The notes beneath the pieces were generated by a model. The model saw only the letters and a program-made list of their open reading frames with translations, had not been told where the DNA came from and did not search any database. Below, in pieces: positions 1 to 12,753 of a stretch of 64,000 nt of DNA (its first letter is position 1; each line of letters starts with the position of its first letter). Source of the stretch: Felis catus (lineage: Eukaryota); assembly GCF_018350175.1 (NCBI RefSeq), contig NC_058368.1, positions 79,114,001 through 79,178,000 on the forward strand. The letters are read 5' to 3'. A program made the translations under genes and the position numbers.

Positions 1-357
1 ACGAAACAATGCCAATATTACACAAACTCTTCCAGAGACTAGGGATACAGAAGAAGGGGGGAATAAAGAAAAGCTTCCCAGCTTGCATAAATAACCACTT
101 AATTTATGACGAACTTGGCATTGCAGGGCGCTGGGGGAAGGATAATGGATGGCTACCCATGTGAGGAAAACAGTGAACTTGACCCCTACTTGGTGCCCTA
201 CACACAAAAGATTTCTGGTGGATTAGACATCCAAGTGTCAAACATAAAATAAAATTTGTAGTAGAAAATATAGGATGATTTTTTTTAACTTCAGAGGTAG
301 GAAAAGAAAGAAGAACTTCTTACACAGGCCACAAAAGAGTGCTAACTACAAAGGGGA

Positions 358-360
<3 letters not shown>
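1..360 (+). mobile_element. Old L1 (L1M-type) ORF2 remnants
   Basis: Degenerate L1 motifs such as tacacaaactcttccaga, gaacttgacccctac and gtagaaaatatagga...cacaaaagagtgctaac. Confidence 0.55.

Positions 361-362
<2 letters not shown>

Positions 363-405
<43 letters not shown>
363..405. repeat. (TG)n microsatellite, ~21 units
   Basis: Read directly from the sequence. Confidence 0.97.
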
Positions 406-408
<3 letters not shown>

Positions 409-625
409 AGTATACACATGTATTCAACACATTTAACTAATGAAGACTCATATTCAGAGTTTACTTATAAACAAGACTATTGAATAGGAAATTGTTTTTG
501 GACATTAATAAGCACAAACATTTTTCAGAGCCCAACTTCATTGGTAATTAGAGAAAATGCACATGAAAAGCACAGGAGAACGACACACAACACAACACAA
601 CCTGCAGAATGGGAGCACTGAGCGC

Positions 626-853
626 AGGGGAGGAGGGGCTGCAGGAGGAGGGGCTCCTAGGAAGGGGAGCTGGGGGAGGGGAGCTGGGTTGAGAGATAGG
701 GGAGGGGCTCTGAGGAGGAGGGGCTCCGGGAGGAGAGGCTCTGGGAGGGGGTTGCTGGGGAGGAAGGGCTCCAGGGGGGTTGGACTCTGGAAAGGACGAG
801 GGGGTTTGGCGAGGGAGGGGCTGGGGGGAGGGGCTCCAGGAGGGAGGGACTCT
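626..853 (+). repeat. Degenerate G-rich minisatellite (unit ~GGAGGAGGGGCTCC)
   Basis: Repeated gaggggctc/ggggagct units and many G-runs. Confidence 0.8.
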
Positions 854-1460
854 ATGCATCCCCCATAGGGATGTCCCCATCCTGTGTCAGAAGTCCCTCT
901 GGGTCCAGGAGAACATAGGGAGGCTGGGGGTGCAGTTTCTAGGCCTAGTACATTGCCCGCCCACATGTGCTCTCCGCCAGGGTCCAGAGCAGGAGGAGGA
1001 CAGCGGGTGTAGGATGAAAACCAGGCAGGGCATTGCAGTGACAAGTCACAGGTTACCTGGAGGGACCAGAGGCAGGTAGTCGGTGGGGACAGAGCATTAA
1101 GGTCTCCAGAGCAGTGTGGGGATTCTCTGTTGACACTCGGAAAAAAGATCGTTGGAATCACACGCAAGGAGAAAAACCCAAATGTGTTTAGGAATCTCAC
1201 CCACCATATTAAGCAAGGATAATGAATAATGATCAAAAGTAGGCGGATCACAAGGCAGAGGCTTCTTGGTGCAATGGGGGTGTGGGGTGGGGGGTGGCAG
1301 TAAGTATCTTACATCAGTAAGATACAGAAGGATTTTTCTGCCAGCAAGAAACACCGCTAGAAAAAGGAAACCGCTTACCGAATTGTATTGCCACCGCGAA
1401 CAGACCAAAGTTCAGCAAAGAATGATGCAGGCTCTCGGGACCCCATAGTATTGTCCTGCC

Positions 1461-1680
1461 TTAAAAAAAAAAAAACGTTTCTTTATTTATTTTGAGAGAG
1501 GGACAGCACAAGCAACGTGGGGGAGAGGGGGCAGAGAAAGAGGGAGAGACAGAATCCCAAGCAGGCTCTGCCCTGTCAACACAGAGCCCAACGCAGGGCT
1601 CGATCCTGATCCCGGGAGATCATGACCTGAGCTGAAGTCAAGAGTCAAACACTTAACTAGCTGAGACACCCAGGTGCCCC
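1461..1680 (-). mobile_element. Can-SINE
   Basis: Reverse-complement head (cacccaggtgcccc), (GA)n tract and T-rich tail. Confidence 0.93.
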
Positions 1681-2339
1681 AGTTTTGACCTTTCTAAACA
1701 TCGTCTCCTGACTGAATTTCACAGCTTTTAAAAATAACATATTATTAATGTGGCATTTATAATTTCATGCATGTTATGAAAATTATACATGTTTTAGAAT
1801 AGTGTGAAGAACAATTCTTTTAGGGAAGAATAATAAAGAATAAAAACTACCATCAATCCTATTACCTAGAAATACTCCAAAAATGTCTATTATTCCACTG
1901 TGTTGAGTTTTATTTTTTCACACAAATGCGTGTATCTACATCGTATATTTGGCTTTATTTTTATAAAGTTTGAGTTATACATGGATGCAGTTTTACTGTT
2001 CTGCTCCCCCCATTTGGAATACCGTGGTATATCTCTGTGTCAACAACTACAAATCTGAGTTGATTACAGATAGCCATACGTGTGTTCAGTACATGCACTC
2101 CATCCTTTAGGGCTGCCAGGATTTACAGTAAATAAGCTGTCAGACAGCAAGATTATCTCCCACCTTTCCACCCTTGAGACAACATCTTAATTAAAAGAGG
2201 AATTTTGTAAAACTCCCCATGTCAATGTTTGACGTTCACATCTATGTGCATCTGTTTAGCTGGACGTATACAGATACGATCTTCCTTTTTTTTTTTTTTT
2301 TTTTGAGATACAATCTTTCTCTTAAGATGGTGAATTTCT

Positions 2340-2585
2340 GGGGAGTTAGGGTGGCTCAGTCTGTGAAGCATTCACCTCTTGATTTCCTCTCAGGTCATGA
2401 TCTCACGGTCCTGAGATTTAGCCCTACATCAGGCACACTGGGTGTGAATCCTGTTTAAGATTCTGTCTTTCCCTCTTTCTCTGGCCCCACCCCCGACCGC
2501 ACATGCACTCACTCTCTCTGAATAAATTAATACATACATACATACATACATACATAAAGTAAAATTTTTTTTAATTAAAAAAAAT
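2340..2585 (+). mobile_element. Can-SINE (older)
   Basis: gggtggctcag...ctcaggtcatgatctc head and (TACA)n tail; TSD-like ttaagatggt on both sides. Confidence 0.88.
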
Positions 2586-4959
2586 TAAGATGGTTACTTC
2601 CTGAAATCTCTGATGTGAGAATTCCTTTGTGAGGAGGTAAAGATAACAAAAACAATTGCATACCCTTATATTGAACTTAAATAGTCCTAATATAATAAAA
2701 ATGGAATTTGAGTGACAATAATAGCCAGAAAGTATGCGATAGAAGTATATTTCACAAGGACTACACGTACCTATTAAGAAAGTAATTAATACCTGTTTTC
2801 CTTGCAATTTTGGAGGATTTAAAGATCACCACTACACACACAAAAAAAAAGGAATTTAAAATATGTTAGAATGACCAAAACTGAATACACATCTATTTAA
2901 GAAAGATGACCTTATTCTCATTCGTTTTTGCTAAAATTTCACCCAATGTCCTTCTCCCTAGCTCCTTGGGTGAAGTTTATCCTACCATAAAGAAAAAGAA
3001 AATAGAAACTTCTTGTCACCAAATTATTTAATTTGTCTGTGTCTTGAGTCAAAAGCCAAACGTTATGGCTTGGACAATAATTCTGGAAAACCTCATACAA
3101 AAATCTGTGAGTTTTACTCTAAAATCAAAGTAAAGTCAAAAACCAATGGAACAGACAAAAAATCCTCTAGCCCCAGATGGAAATTTTTGTGGAATACATT
3201 GCCTGAAATTAATAGTATCACATTAAATATGTAGGGCTCTCGGGCTTCTCAACTTCAGCATCTGACAAATGTTCAGACCCTAGAACACACTACCCCTTAA
3301 ATCTCATAGGGACCAGAGTTTAAAATAAAGCTAGTTCTGAGTTGTCATTAATTGGTGATCCCTTGGAAATAATCAGGAGCCACACGCACAAAAGGAAAAT
3401 TATTTCAGTTGGGATTTCAGTCTTTCAAAGCCACTTGCCACGTTTATGTGGTTCTACTTTCGCGAACACCATGGATGTCCCGGCTCCTGCCACCTTCTCA
3501 TCATCATTACAGCATCGGGCACCATGCCGTGGATACTTAGCACTGGGTAAGCACTTACCGACCGAGGCCATGTTGCATGTTACACAGGAACCAGTAAGTT
3601 CTGTGCAGGGTGTGGAGTCAGAAAACTTCTGCCCATCAGTATGATAAGAACTGACCCGATATGACACCTGTGCCATGCCTGGTGTAGGTGTGACCCATCC
3701 TCGCTCTGAAAGCGGTTACTGGTACCGATTCCTAATTCACCAGGGATAGTCAGTGTGCTTTCTAAATAAAGGCACAAGATGGAAATAAATGTTTAAAATA
3801 ACTTGGAATTCTAATTGAATCAGAAACAGTGTTATTTTTCTAGGAAATGATTTATCTTGAATGCCAGGATCTGCATGCTACCTCTGCTTCCCAGAAATAA
3901 TTCTCTGTTTGTTCGTTTGCTGAAATATAGTTATGTGTGGGTAATTATAGCTATCATTTACTTTAATTGCCATCCTTTTACTGATGTGAACACAGACTTA
4001 GATCTTTTTTGGTATACTTAATTATTCCCTGGACTTGTGGTTATTTATCATTAGATTAAAGAACAGTTTTCAGTGTTAGGACATTTTCGTTGTATCACAC
4101 AAAATATTGTGAGTATAAAGATGTTTATTTCGTGGGGGACATAAAGACATAAAGAAGTTCCAGCCAGGCCATTTTATGTTCAGTATGATTTGCTTGCTTG
4201 CTGCTCAGTGAATATACATTTTATTGCTGGGCATCAGGAAACAAATGGCAACTAAAGAACACAGTCATTACATTTGATTTTACATTTGTCATTCTGTGAA
4301 GACTGTCTCTCTTTTTATTTGCGTTATGTTTATCGTCGGTGCGCAGTAAGGGTTATCTGGGTGTAAAGGGCTTTTCGTGGGGACGGACTGGATGGGACGC
4401 TCTGCAGGACCTGGAACTCTGCATTTTTTGTAGATTCCGTATTGAACCGAGCGCCACTGGAGCACCAAACCCCAGTGATTCTGGAAACATCTAAAAACGG
4501 CTTTCGTCAGCCCTGCTCGAGGTAGATGTGGAATGCTGGCAGGGCTCCTCTGGTTGGAGCCCGTGAAAAACATTCGCATATACGTTTTACAACATCACTT
4601 TGTTTATGGGAATTGTATAGATTCTTTGGAACTCATACTGTTGTCTGACTCAAAAGCTGACTGCCAGGAGGAAGCAAGCCTTCACTTGACAATCTGGAAT
4701 ATTGTGCAATTATCTATTTTCAGCAGCAGAAGGTAGCTTTGCAAAGAAAGCCAGCTTCTCGGGCATGTAGCAAGCCCTGCCCCACTCCTCCTGGCTAAAA
4801 ATATTTTGAAGTCATATTGAATAATTGCTAATTTGGACTCCATTTAATTAAATCTCCTCCACTGTAGTTAAGAAGTCCCGATTAAAAACAGCTGGATTCA
4901 AAGGCTGACTGTTCTTTCCTGGCAACGCTGCATTGTTCCTGTTTGCCTGTGCTCAGGCC

Positions 4960-5130
4960 CCAGCTCTGAGGTTCATCGATTCCATGGCTGTGAGCAAATT
5001 GCTTCACCTTTCTGGTCCTCTGTTTTCTCATCTTAAAAATGGGGATAATCAAGGGACCTGCCGTATGGGATTGTTATGAGGATCTGGTACAATGATGCCA
5101 CCCCAAGTAGTGCTCTATATACATTACCTA
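4960..5130 (+). mobile_element. MIR
   Basis: MIR core: gcaaattgcttcacctttctg...ctgttttctcatcttaaaaatggggataat...gttatgaggat. Confidence 0.7.
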
Positions 5131-5474
5131 ATACACAGATATCAGAAAAGCTTAGGTTTCTTGGAGCTGGAAGATCACTGAAAAATGTGTCCAATAAAAA
5201 CAAAAATGCATGATGTCGATAAGGCACAAGGCCGCGAATTAATTTGTCCAAGACCAGACAGACTGTAATGCTAGAATCTATGCTAATGACATCGACCCCA
5301 ATACACACAGGCATAGAGTCAAACTCGCATATCATTTTGGTGGAATGAATGGACGTCGGGATTTATGGGAGCGTTCCAGGAAAGGTTCTGTTTAATCCCT
5401 CGGAGGGTTCGAAGATTCAAAATAATACAAAGGACAGAATGGCCTGAAGAAGCCTAGTGAGAGGCAGGTGCACA

Positions 5475-6260
5475 TCAGTCACAAAGCATTTATTAAGCAC
5501 CAGTTGCATGCAGGCATTGTGCAATGCGTGCAGAGCAGTAGGAAGTCTAAGCAAATCACGAGGTGCTCTTTGGGTATAAGCAGAGCATATGTAGCGCATT
5601 AGCATTGTGTGTCAAGAGAGATCACAGAACAGGGCAGCCAGTGACAAGTGTCAGGTCAACCACACAAAAAAGGAGTGCTCTGGTGTTGCCACCACGTGGA
5701 GGAAGAGATTCATGAGGGCTGGGATTTTACAGATGCTCCTGGTGAGGATTGGGATTTGCAAAATGAAGGAGATTCAGACTAGAAGGGCACACCTTCCAGG
5801 GAAGAAAATCTATCTCCGTGGCGGGATGGGAGTGAGCTACTTTGATGGCGTAGGTCAGTGAATAAGATGGCGTTGAATGCCAGTTCAAAGAGTGTCTCTG
5901 GAAGATTGGTCTTTGCTTGGAGAGGGTGGGGCACCGTACATCTGCTCTTTTGGAGAAACCTCCCTGATTGTGTTACTCAGGGTGAAGAGTGGAACAAAGC
6001 CTGAGGTTGGGAACAGCAGGTGTGTGTTGGTCCTGTTAACACCAAGGAGAATGTTCCAGGATGGACTGGGATAGGAGGGAGAGAACAGCGCACTCTTTCA
6101 CAGAAGAAACGGAGTTCTGAGAGGTTTATCCTGTGGGTTGGGTTTGGAGTTCAAGCGATGAGAAGGACTTCTGGCGGTGGACAGTCGTGACATAAATGCT
6201 GGTGATAATTCGGGAGTCTAAGGGGAGCTCCAGGAGGGAAAGATAGGGAAGGCAGGATTT
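5475..6260 (-). mobile_element. L2 3' fragment
   Basis: cacaaagcatttattaagcacc...tgcaggcattgtgc L2 tail followed by purine-rich L2-like sequence. Right boundary uncertain. Confidence 0.55.
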
Positions 6261-9200
6261 TCACGGGAGCTGGAGAAATGGGGATCATTTGCAGCATCAG
6301 AGGAAAAGTTTTTAAGAGAAATGAGGAAAAAATCTGACCACAAAACCATGTGGAGTGCCAAGCTTTGAGAAACGTACTTTGAGAAGGACCGGCGTGGAGA
6401 TACGGAATAAATGATCAGAGATGGGAACGCCAGCATGCAGTTTCACAAAAACCAGGAGAATCATGACTTCGAGGTCGGAGGTATTTGGTAAGCTGGGAGG
6501 ACACGCAAGGAGAATCATATATTACTATCAACTAAACACACTTGGGTCCCAACAGAGCCTGAGGGATTGTGACTGGCAGAGTCTAAGGGGTTCATTACTT
6601 AAGACTCAGAGCCACACCACCCTCTCCAGCCTGCCCTATTCTTCTCTTCTTAGAAGGCTCTACATAAACCCACGGGGTTTTATGTGTAGACTTCACCGCC
6701 GTAGAGACTCTCCCTTTTCAAAATCACCTTACAAACTCAGGGAAGTCCAGGGCCTGGATCCACACCGCACATGATGAGGAGAGTGTCCTAAATACCACTT
6801 CCCCTGAGCATCCCGGGGAAGGATGAATTGACAAAGCTCTGAGCAGCACCCACTGCTCAGGGAGAGGAGCAGGGAGCCTCCTCCCTCTACCTGGTCCCTG
6901 GATCAAGGCTGATGACTTCCTGACTCCCCCCTGCCAAGCCCCAGTGCCAAACAGCATGTTGTACAGAGTGCTGCCATCTATTACATGGCCCAGATCAGCA
7001 GGTGGGGAATGCCTTCTCAAAGCCTCTGCATGCTTTCTTTGAACAGAAGAGCTGGGTATCTGGGGGGTAGGACAGGGACAGTTTCAGAAGTTCTTAGCCC
7101 TTGCTCTAATTTGGACAAGCATGGCTCCTTAAACGGATGGTTTCATATCAAATGGACATGCTTAGCATTTTGAGGCCCACTGTTGCCGCTGTAGTAAGAA
7201 TGTGTTGAGGACACAGAACTACATCCACTGGGAATTATCACCACAGAATGGGGTCTGGGGACAAGGATGTGGCTGCAACAAAACAAAAGCACGTTCATGA
7301 GTATGTGCGAGCAATTGTCCATGGTAGAAGCCTTCAATGGAAGTCGACAAATAAAGGTTCCAGATTGACCTTCGATGGCCCCCAACACTGATCAAGAAAG
7401 AACCTTTAACTTGGTAGGAACACAGTAGAATTCTTTACCCCAAGACTTGGGACCTTTTCTGGGGTCTTTGGCTAGCTGACAGGTGAAATGACACAATTGC
7501 TACATCTTTTATTTTCTTTCTTGTTTTTAAAGCTAATGAGAAGTAAATGGAACAAAATTGAAATAACGAACATCCCAAAGCTTGGTCATGGGCACGTGGA
7601 CTTTCCTTGCATATTCTCTTGACTCTTACATGTGTATGAAATTTCACTAAAAAAAAGTTTTGAAATATTTGTTATCTTGACCAATAAGGTGGCTAAGTTA
7701 TTGTACCTTTATGTGCATTTCTTTGGGTACTTAATGAAAATGAACATGTTCATCATTTAGGGGCCATATACTCTCTTTCCTCTCTATACATATTCTTTGC
7801 CCATATTTTAAAATCTGCCAGTAGGTCCTTTATTTTGATTTGTAGGATGTTTTAAGAACAATAGAGCCTTTTATTTAGTGTATTTAAATATTCTGTATTC
7901 TTTTTCATTTTTTAATATTTTATATTTATCTATAAAATTTATGTAAAATATTTTTATATGTATAAATTTTTATGATTTTTGGCATATGTTTATTTTTAAA
8001 TGTTCAAATAGAGATAGTAATACATTTTTCCTCCACATTTTTTTTCTTCTGGTGTCACTTTTAGATTATTTGCCTTTAACACGTGCTGCTTCCGATATGA
8101 CAATAAGATAGAAATCTTTTTGGTCAAAAACATAGCGGAAGAAAACTCTGCCTTCTAACATCCTCTGCACCTCAAGGGCTGCCTGGCTATTACTTTATCT
8201 GCTGCTTCCACTTGCTGGGTATATTGGCCCAAGTGGGGTTCTCCCACCTGTTTGCTACAGACATCCAGGCAGGGTTTTCTGCACCCTAGGCTGGTCAGTC
8301 TCAGCTTCTCCCCCAACCTGCACCTGCCTAAGGGGAGGAGATACCATCCATGCCAAGGTTTCCAGCACCGCTTTCTTCTCCCTGACCCCCCCCCTCCACA
8401 CCGGGGTCCCCACACATTCACCTGCCCCACACTGACACCCTCTGTCCCTACCCTGGTGACCCTGCCACAGGTTCTGGGATCAGTGATTTCTTTAGTCAAC
8501 AGGTAAGAAATGCCTCTTCACTCACCACTCAGGTAAAATGGCGTCACATCCCGTCCCCTCTGGAAACCCACAGTGTTGTCTGTGGCTTACAGGCTACTGT
8601 CAGACGTCTGTGCGATGGCATGTGAAGTGCTTGCCCTTGATCTCTCTACCTTCCAGCACATTCTTCAGGGGCCCCCACTGACCACACCCTCTCAGTGGTC
8701 CTTTCCTGAGGCATGGAACTATCTGGAACTTCTTCCCTGGAGCTCTCCCAAGGAGGCCTATCTCACCTTCTTGACCATTCGGAACCTTCTCATCCCGGAA
8801 TGCCCAGACCCTTTGGCGTCCCCACCATCACATTCCCCTAATCCCCCCCATCATAATTCATCCCTGCTCTCTCCAGGATGCTGACTAACCCACAAATCAC
8901 CCTGTCGTGTGTTCTGGTGGAAGGCCACTCCTGTGCAATGGCAGGACTTTCCTTTAGTCATTGTATTTCCCAGTGCCTTATTCAGACAATGACCACAAAT
9001 ACTTCTTACCTTTCTTTATGACGTGATATATAGCACATTATGCTATTGATTTGGCTCTGAGTTTGTATCCTCGGCACACTGAGTTTCTGTTTTATTTGGG
9101 GCGCAAATTTCTGATTTATAATTTAGTTTTGGAAAATGGATGACAGCTTTCTCCCCCACCGTCCAATTCCTGGAACCCAGTGCTCCAGAAGGTGGACGTC

Positions 9201-9892
9201 TGTCCTTGCTTGTCAGTCAGCTCTCTGTTTCCCCCACCAGCCCCCACACCTCTGACACTCCTGATACACATGAATCCCGGACTCAGCTGTGCCCTCCTGC
9301 CTGGACACCCAGTTTTTGCTGACTCCCTGCTTATTTGGATGCCTGGGATTCCAATTTGTGACTGATCTCAGATGTCCATCATTCCTCCCTCCTGGTTTAG
9401 TTTCCAGATCACTCAAACACTGATTGATTGGCCCCTTTCCCACACCTGCTATGCCAGTCTATAATATAATTTCCCCCGGCCAACTTCAGACATTGCTGTT
9501 GCTTGTGGCCAGGACCCATCTTGCCCCATGACTTCCATGTGTAGGCCTGTCCCTTTCCAGGTGCTGGCCCCAGTGTGCCTGGTCTTGATGAAGCTAACCT
9601 TTCCATGCCAAGGCCTTTGTATCTGTAACAGGAAGATTGACTGGGGGTAGGGGGGCTTGTTATGTGCTAATAGGGTTCTGTGGACTTCCTGGGGAGCTCA
9701 CTCACTCCTGATCTGAAAAGGTGTGCAGTGATTTCCTAATGATCTTGAATTTGGGAAGCCTGTGTATGTCTGATCAATTATGCCATACTAGTTAATTACA
9801 ATTTTAGAGAAGAGCAGCTATCACTTCATAATTTAAGGCCCCTGGATTGAGCTCATTCCGTCAGGTAATTTTCCTCTTTTCATGTTTCCATC

Positions 9893-10923
9893 TTTTTTTT
9901 TAATATGAAATTTATTATCAAATTGGTTTCCATGCAACACCCAGTGCTCATCCCAACAGGTGCCCTCCTCAATGCCCATCACCCACTTTCCCCTCCCTCC
10001 CACCCCCCATCAACCCTCAGTTTGTTCTCAGTTTTAAAGAGTCTTTTATGGTTTGGCTCCCTCCCTCTCCACCTTTTTTTTTCTTCCCCTCCCCCATGGT
10101 CTTCTGTTAAGTTTCTCAGGATCCACATAAGAGTGAAAACATATAGTGTCTGTCTTTCTCTGCCTGACTTATTTCACTTAGCATAATATCTTCCAGTTCT
10201 ATCCACGTTGCTGCAAATGGTCATTCTTTCTCATTGCCAAGTAGTATTCCATTGTGTATATAAACCACATCTTCTTTCTCCATTTGTCAGTTGGACATTT
10301 AGGCTCTTTCCATAATTTGGCTATTGTTGAAAGTGCTGCTATAAACATTGGGGTACAAGTGCCCCTATGCATCAACACTCCTGTATCCCTCGGGTAAATT
10401 CCTAGCAGTGCTATTGCTGGGTCATAGGGTAGATCTATTTTTAATTTTTTAAGGAACCTCCACACTATTTTCCAGAGTGTCTGCACCAGTTTGCATTCCC
10501 ACCAACAGTGCAAGAGGGTTCCTGTTTCTCCACATCCTTGCCAGCATCTATAGTCTCCTGATTTGTTCATTTTAGCCTCTCTGACTAGAGTGAGGTGGTA
10601 TCTCAGGGTGGTTTTGATTTGTATTTCCCTGATGAGGAGTGACGTTGAGCATCTTTTCATGTGCCTGTTGGCCATCTGGATGTCTTCTTTAGAGAAGTGT
10701 CTATTCATGTCTTCTGCCCATTTCTTCACTGGATTATTTGTTTTTTGGGTGTGGAGTTTGGTGAGTTCTTTATAGATTTTGGATACTAGCCCTTTGTCTG
10801 ATATGTCATTTGCAAACACCTTTTCCCATTCTCTCAGTTGCCTTTTAGTTTTGTTGATTGTTTCCTTTGCAGTGCAGAAGCTTTTTATCTTCATGAGGTC
10901 CCAGTCGTTCATTTTTGCTTTTA
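9893..10923 (-). mobile_element. 5'-truncated felid LINE-1 (ORF2 C-terminus, 3'UTR, polyA)
   Basis: ORF 10199-10957(-) reads [18 protein letters not shown]...[25 protein letters not shown]...[22 protein letters not shown]..., the L1 ORF2p Cys-rich C-terminus. Frameshifted just before the normal end; G-rich 3'UTR; poly(T) at ~9893; possible short TSD atcttt. Confidence 0.95.
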
Positions 10924-10944
10924 TCTTTATGAACAAGTCACTTG

Positions 10945-11158
10945 TGGTGACTCTCAACCCCTGTCTCCTGTTGGTGCTGAGTCAGCGGTGGTTTTGCCAC
11001 CAGGGGGACATTTTTTGGCTATCTCAGTTGTGAGGTGCTACTACCGTATAGGGCAGAGACCAGAGATGCTGCTAACCATGCCACAGTGCACAGGGCAGCC
11101 CCACAATGGAGAAACTTCTAGCCCAAAGCACCAGCTGCGCTGAGGTGGAGAAACCCTG
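10945..11158 (+). mobile_element. MER20 (hAT-Charlie) DNA transposon fossil
   Basis: ttttgccaccagggggacatt...gaggtgctac...agagatgctgctaaccatgccacagtgcacagggcagccc...gaggtggagaaaccctg matches the recalled MER20 consensus. Confidence 0.8.
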
Positions 11159-11835
11159 CTTCTATCGTGAGGGATCACTGATAAAATCCTTTGGTGCCTA
11201 TGGGGATTTCTGTAGTATTTCAGTGGGGGCTATCCGTGTCCTTGAACTCTCTATTTGTCCTGCAAGACTGGTGATGAATTGGTCTGCTGGGGGTGGGCAG
11301 CTACCGTGGGCTTTTCCTCATAGGAGTCCACCAACCCCTTCCCGTTGTGTGTGAACACTAGCCAATGGAGTTCGTGTGATGCGTAGACTCGATAATGTCT
11401 GGTCTGTCCTCCACTCCCCTCTTCGCCTCCCTGCGGCCCAACAAATGAGATGCCAACTTTCCACTGTAGCGGCCCAAGGTACCTGTTCACTCTCTGAGGC
11501 CCTTAGGCTCCTCCCACTGCTGTCGCTGCTTCACCAAACTATCCTCAGTTTCCCCCACAGTACTTCTCTGCTCACTTTGTGCCATTATGGAACATTTCCT
11601 CACCATCCCTTCATTGCTTTTTTCAACATCCTGCCTCTTTTATTTAATGGAATTGCAACAGTATTTTGTGTTCCCATGCTTCCTTGGGAAATTTATTATC
11701 CGAGGAGTATTTGCTGACCATCATTTCCATCCATGAGATGTAAAAAAGTCGACTTTATTGCAGTAAGTACACAGCTTTTTTTATTTGGGGGAAAGGACAC
11801 CCAACTTAACCTCGACTTGGTGTTGACCTCAACAG

Positions 11836-11927
11836 GTTTACCGGAAGAAGAGGGGTTCCCCAGATTTTCTGTGAGCACCTTCACGACCTCATCATTTCAG
11901 AGACAGAGAGAGACCCACACCACTCAG
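11836..11927 (+). CDS. MYO16: Myosin XVI penultimate coding exon (92 nt, phase 1 to phase 0)
   Basis: Flanked by ctcaacAG and GTaagg. Encodes (G)LPEEEGFPRFSVSTFTTSSFQRQRETHTTQ and ends in phase 0, so it joins the terminal exon in frame (...[12 protein letters not shown]...). The peptide resembles the MYO16 tail as I recall it; no search was run. Confidence 0.85.
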
Positions 11928-12418
11928 GTAAGGACCCTCAGATATTCACATTTGGAGTGACAGCTGGAAATAAGTTATGACCAGAGACTTGGTGTGGCGT
12001 GACCAAGAATGTACGTTCCTCCTGGACTAGACCACACGGTTGCTCTCACTCTGGCCCTAAGTATCTCCAGCTCAACATCCCTCTCTCTCTCTGTCAGCAG
12101 ACTCCAGCTCTCTGCTGGTTAGAAGGGGAAGGAGAAGAATGCCCAAAACAAACAAAATGTAATACTTTTAAATTGAATATTGTAGACATAATTTATGTCG
12201 TGGTCTTTAAAAAATCATTGTCAGATGAAGACAATGTTACGTCCACCGAGTGATGCTAACACAGTTTCCGCATTTGACCTCGGCTAAAATAGGACTCTGA
12301 GGGCAAAGCGCACAGAAATAAAATGCTTGAGGCACCTGTGGTGTTACGGCATGCCATCCTATCTCGTTGACTGCCTCTAAATTCCACATAGCCCAGAATG
12401 ATTTAAAATATAGCATAT

Positions 12419-12665
12419 GGGGGCACATGGTCAAGCACATGACTCTGGATCTTGGGGTCGTGAGTTCAGGCCCCACGTGGGCATAGAGCTTACTTTAGGG
12501 GCACCCGGGTGGCTCAGTTGGTTAAGCGTTCGACTCTTGATTCCGGCTCAGATCATGATCTCACAGTTCCTGGGATCAAGCCCCACATCGGGCTGTGCAC
12601 TGATCGCAGGGATACTGCTTGGGATTCTCCCTCTTTCTCTCTCTGCCCATCCCCCACTTGTGTTT

Positions 12666-12718
<53 letters not shown>

Positions 12719-12753
12719 AAAAATGCATAAACGTAAAAAAATAGGTAAATAAA
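12419..12753 (+). mobile_element. Two Can-SINEs in tandem (short old copy 12419-12497, full copy 12498-12753)
   Basis: Two consecutive tRNA-like heads, then (CT)n and an A tail; one outer TSD-like pair aaaatatagcatatg / aaaatgtatcgtatg. Confidence 0.88.

Noticed and set aside
538..1251. 237-aa Pro-rich minus-strand ORF and overlapping Gly/Arg-rich ORFs
   Set aside because: By-product of the G-rich minisatellite (stop-poor); no recognisable domain or splice context.
10199..10957. 252-aa ORF, the longest in the window
   Set aside because: It is the C-terminal part of L1 ORF2p in a 5'-truncated, frameshifted copy. It is neither a host gene nor an active element.
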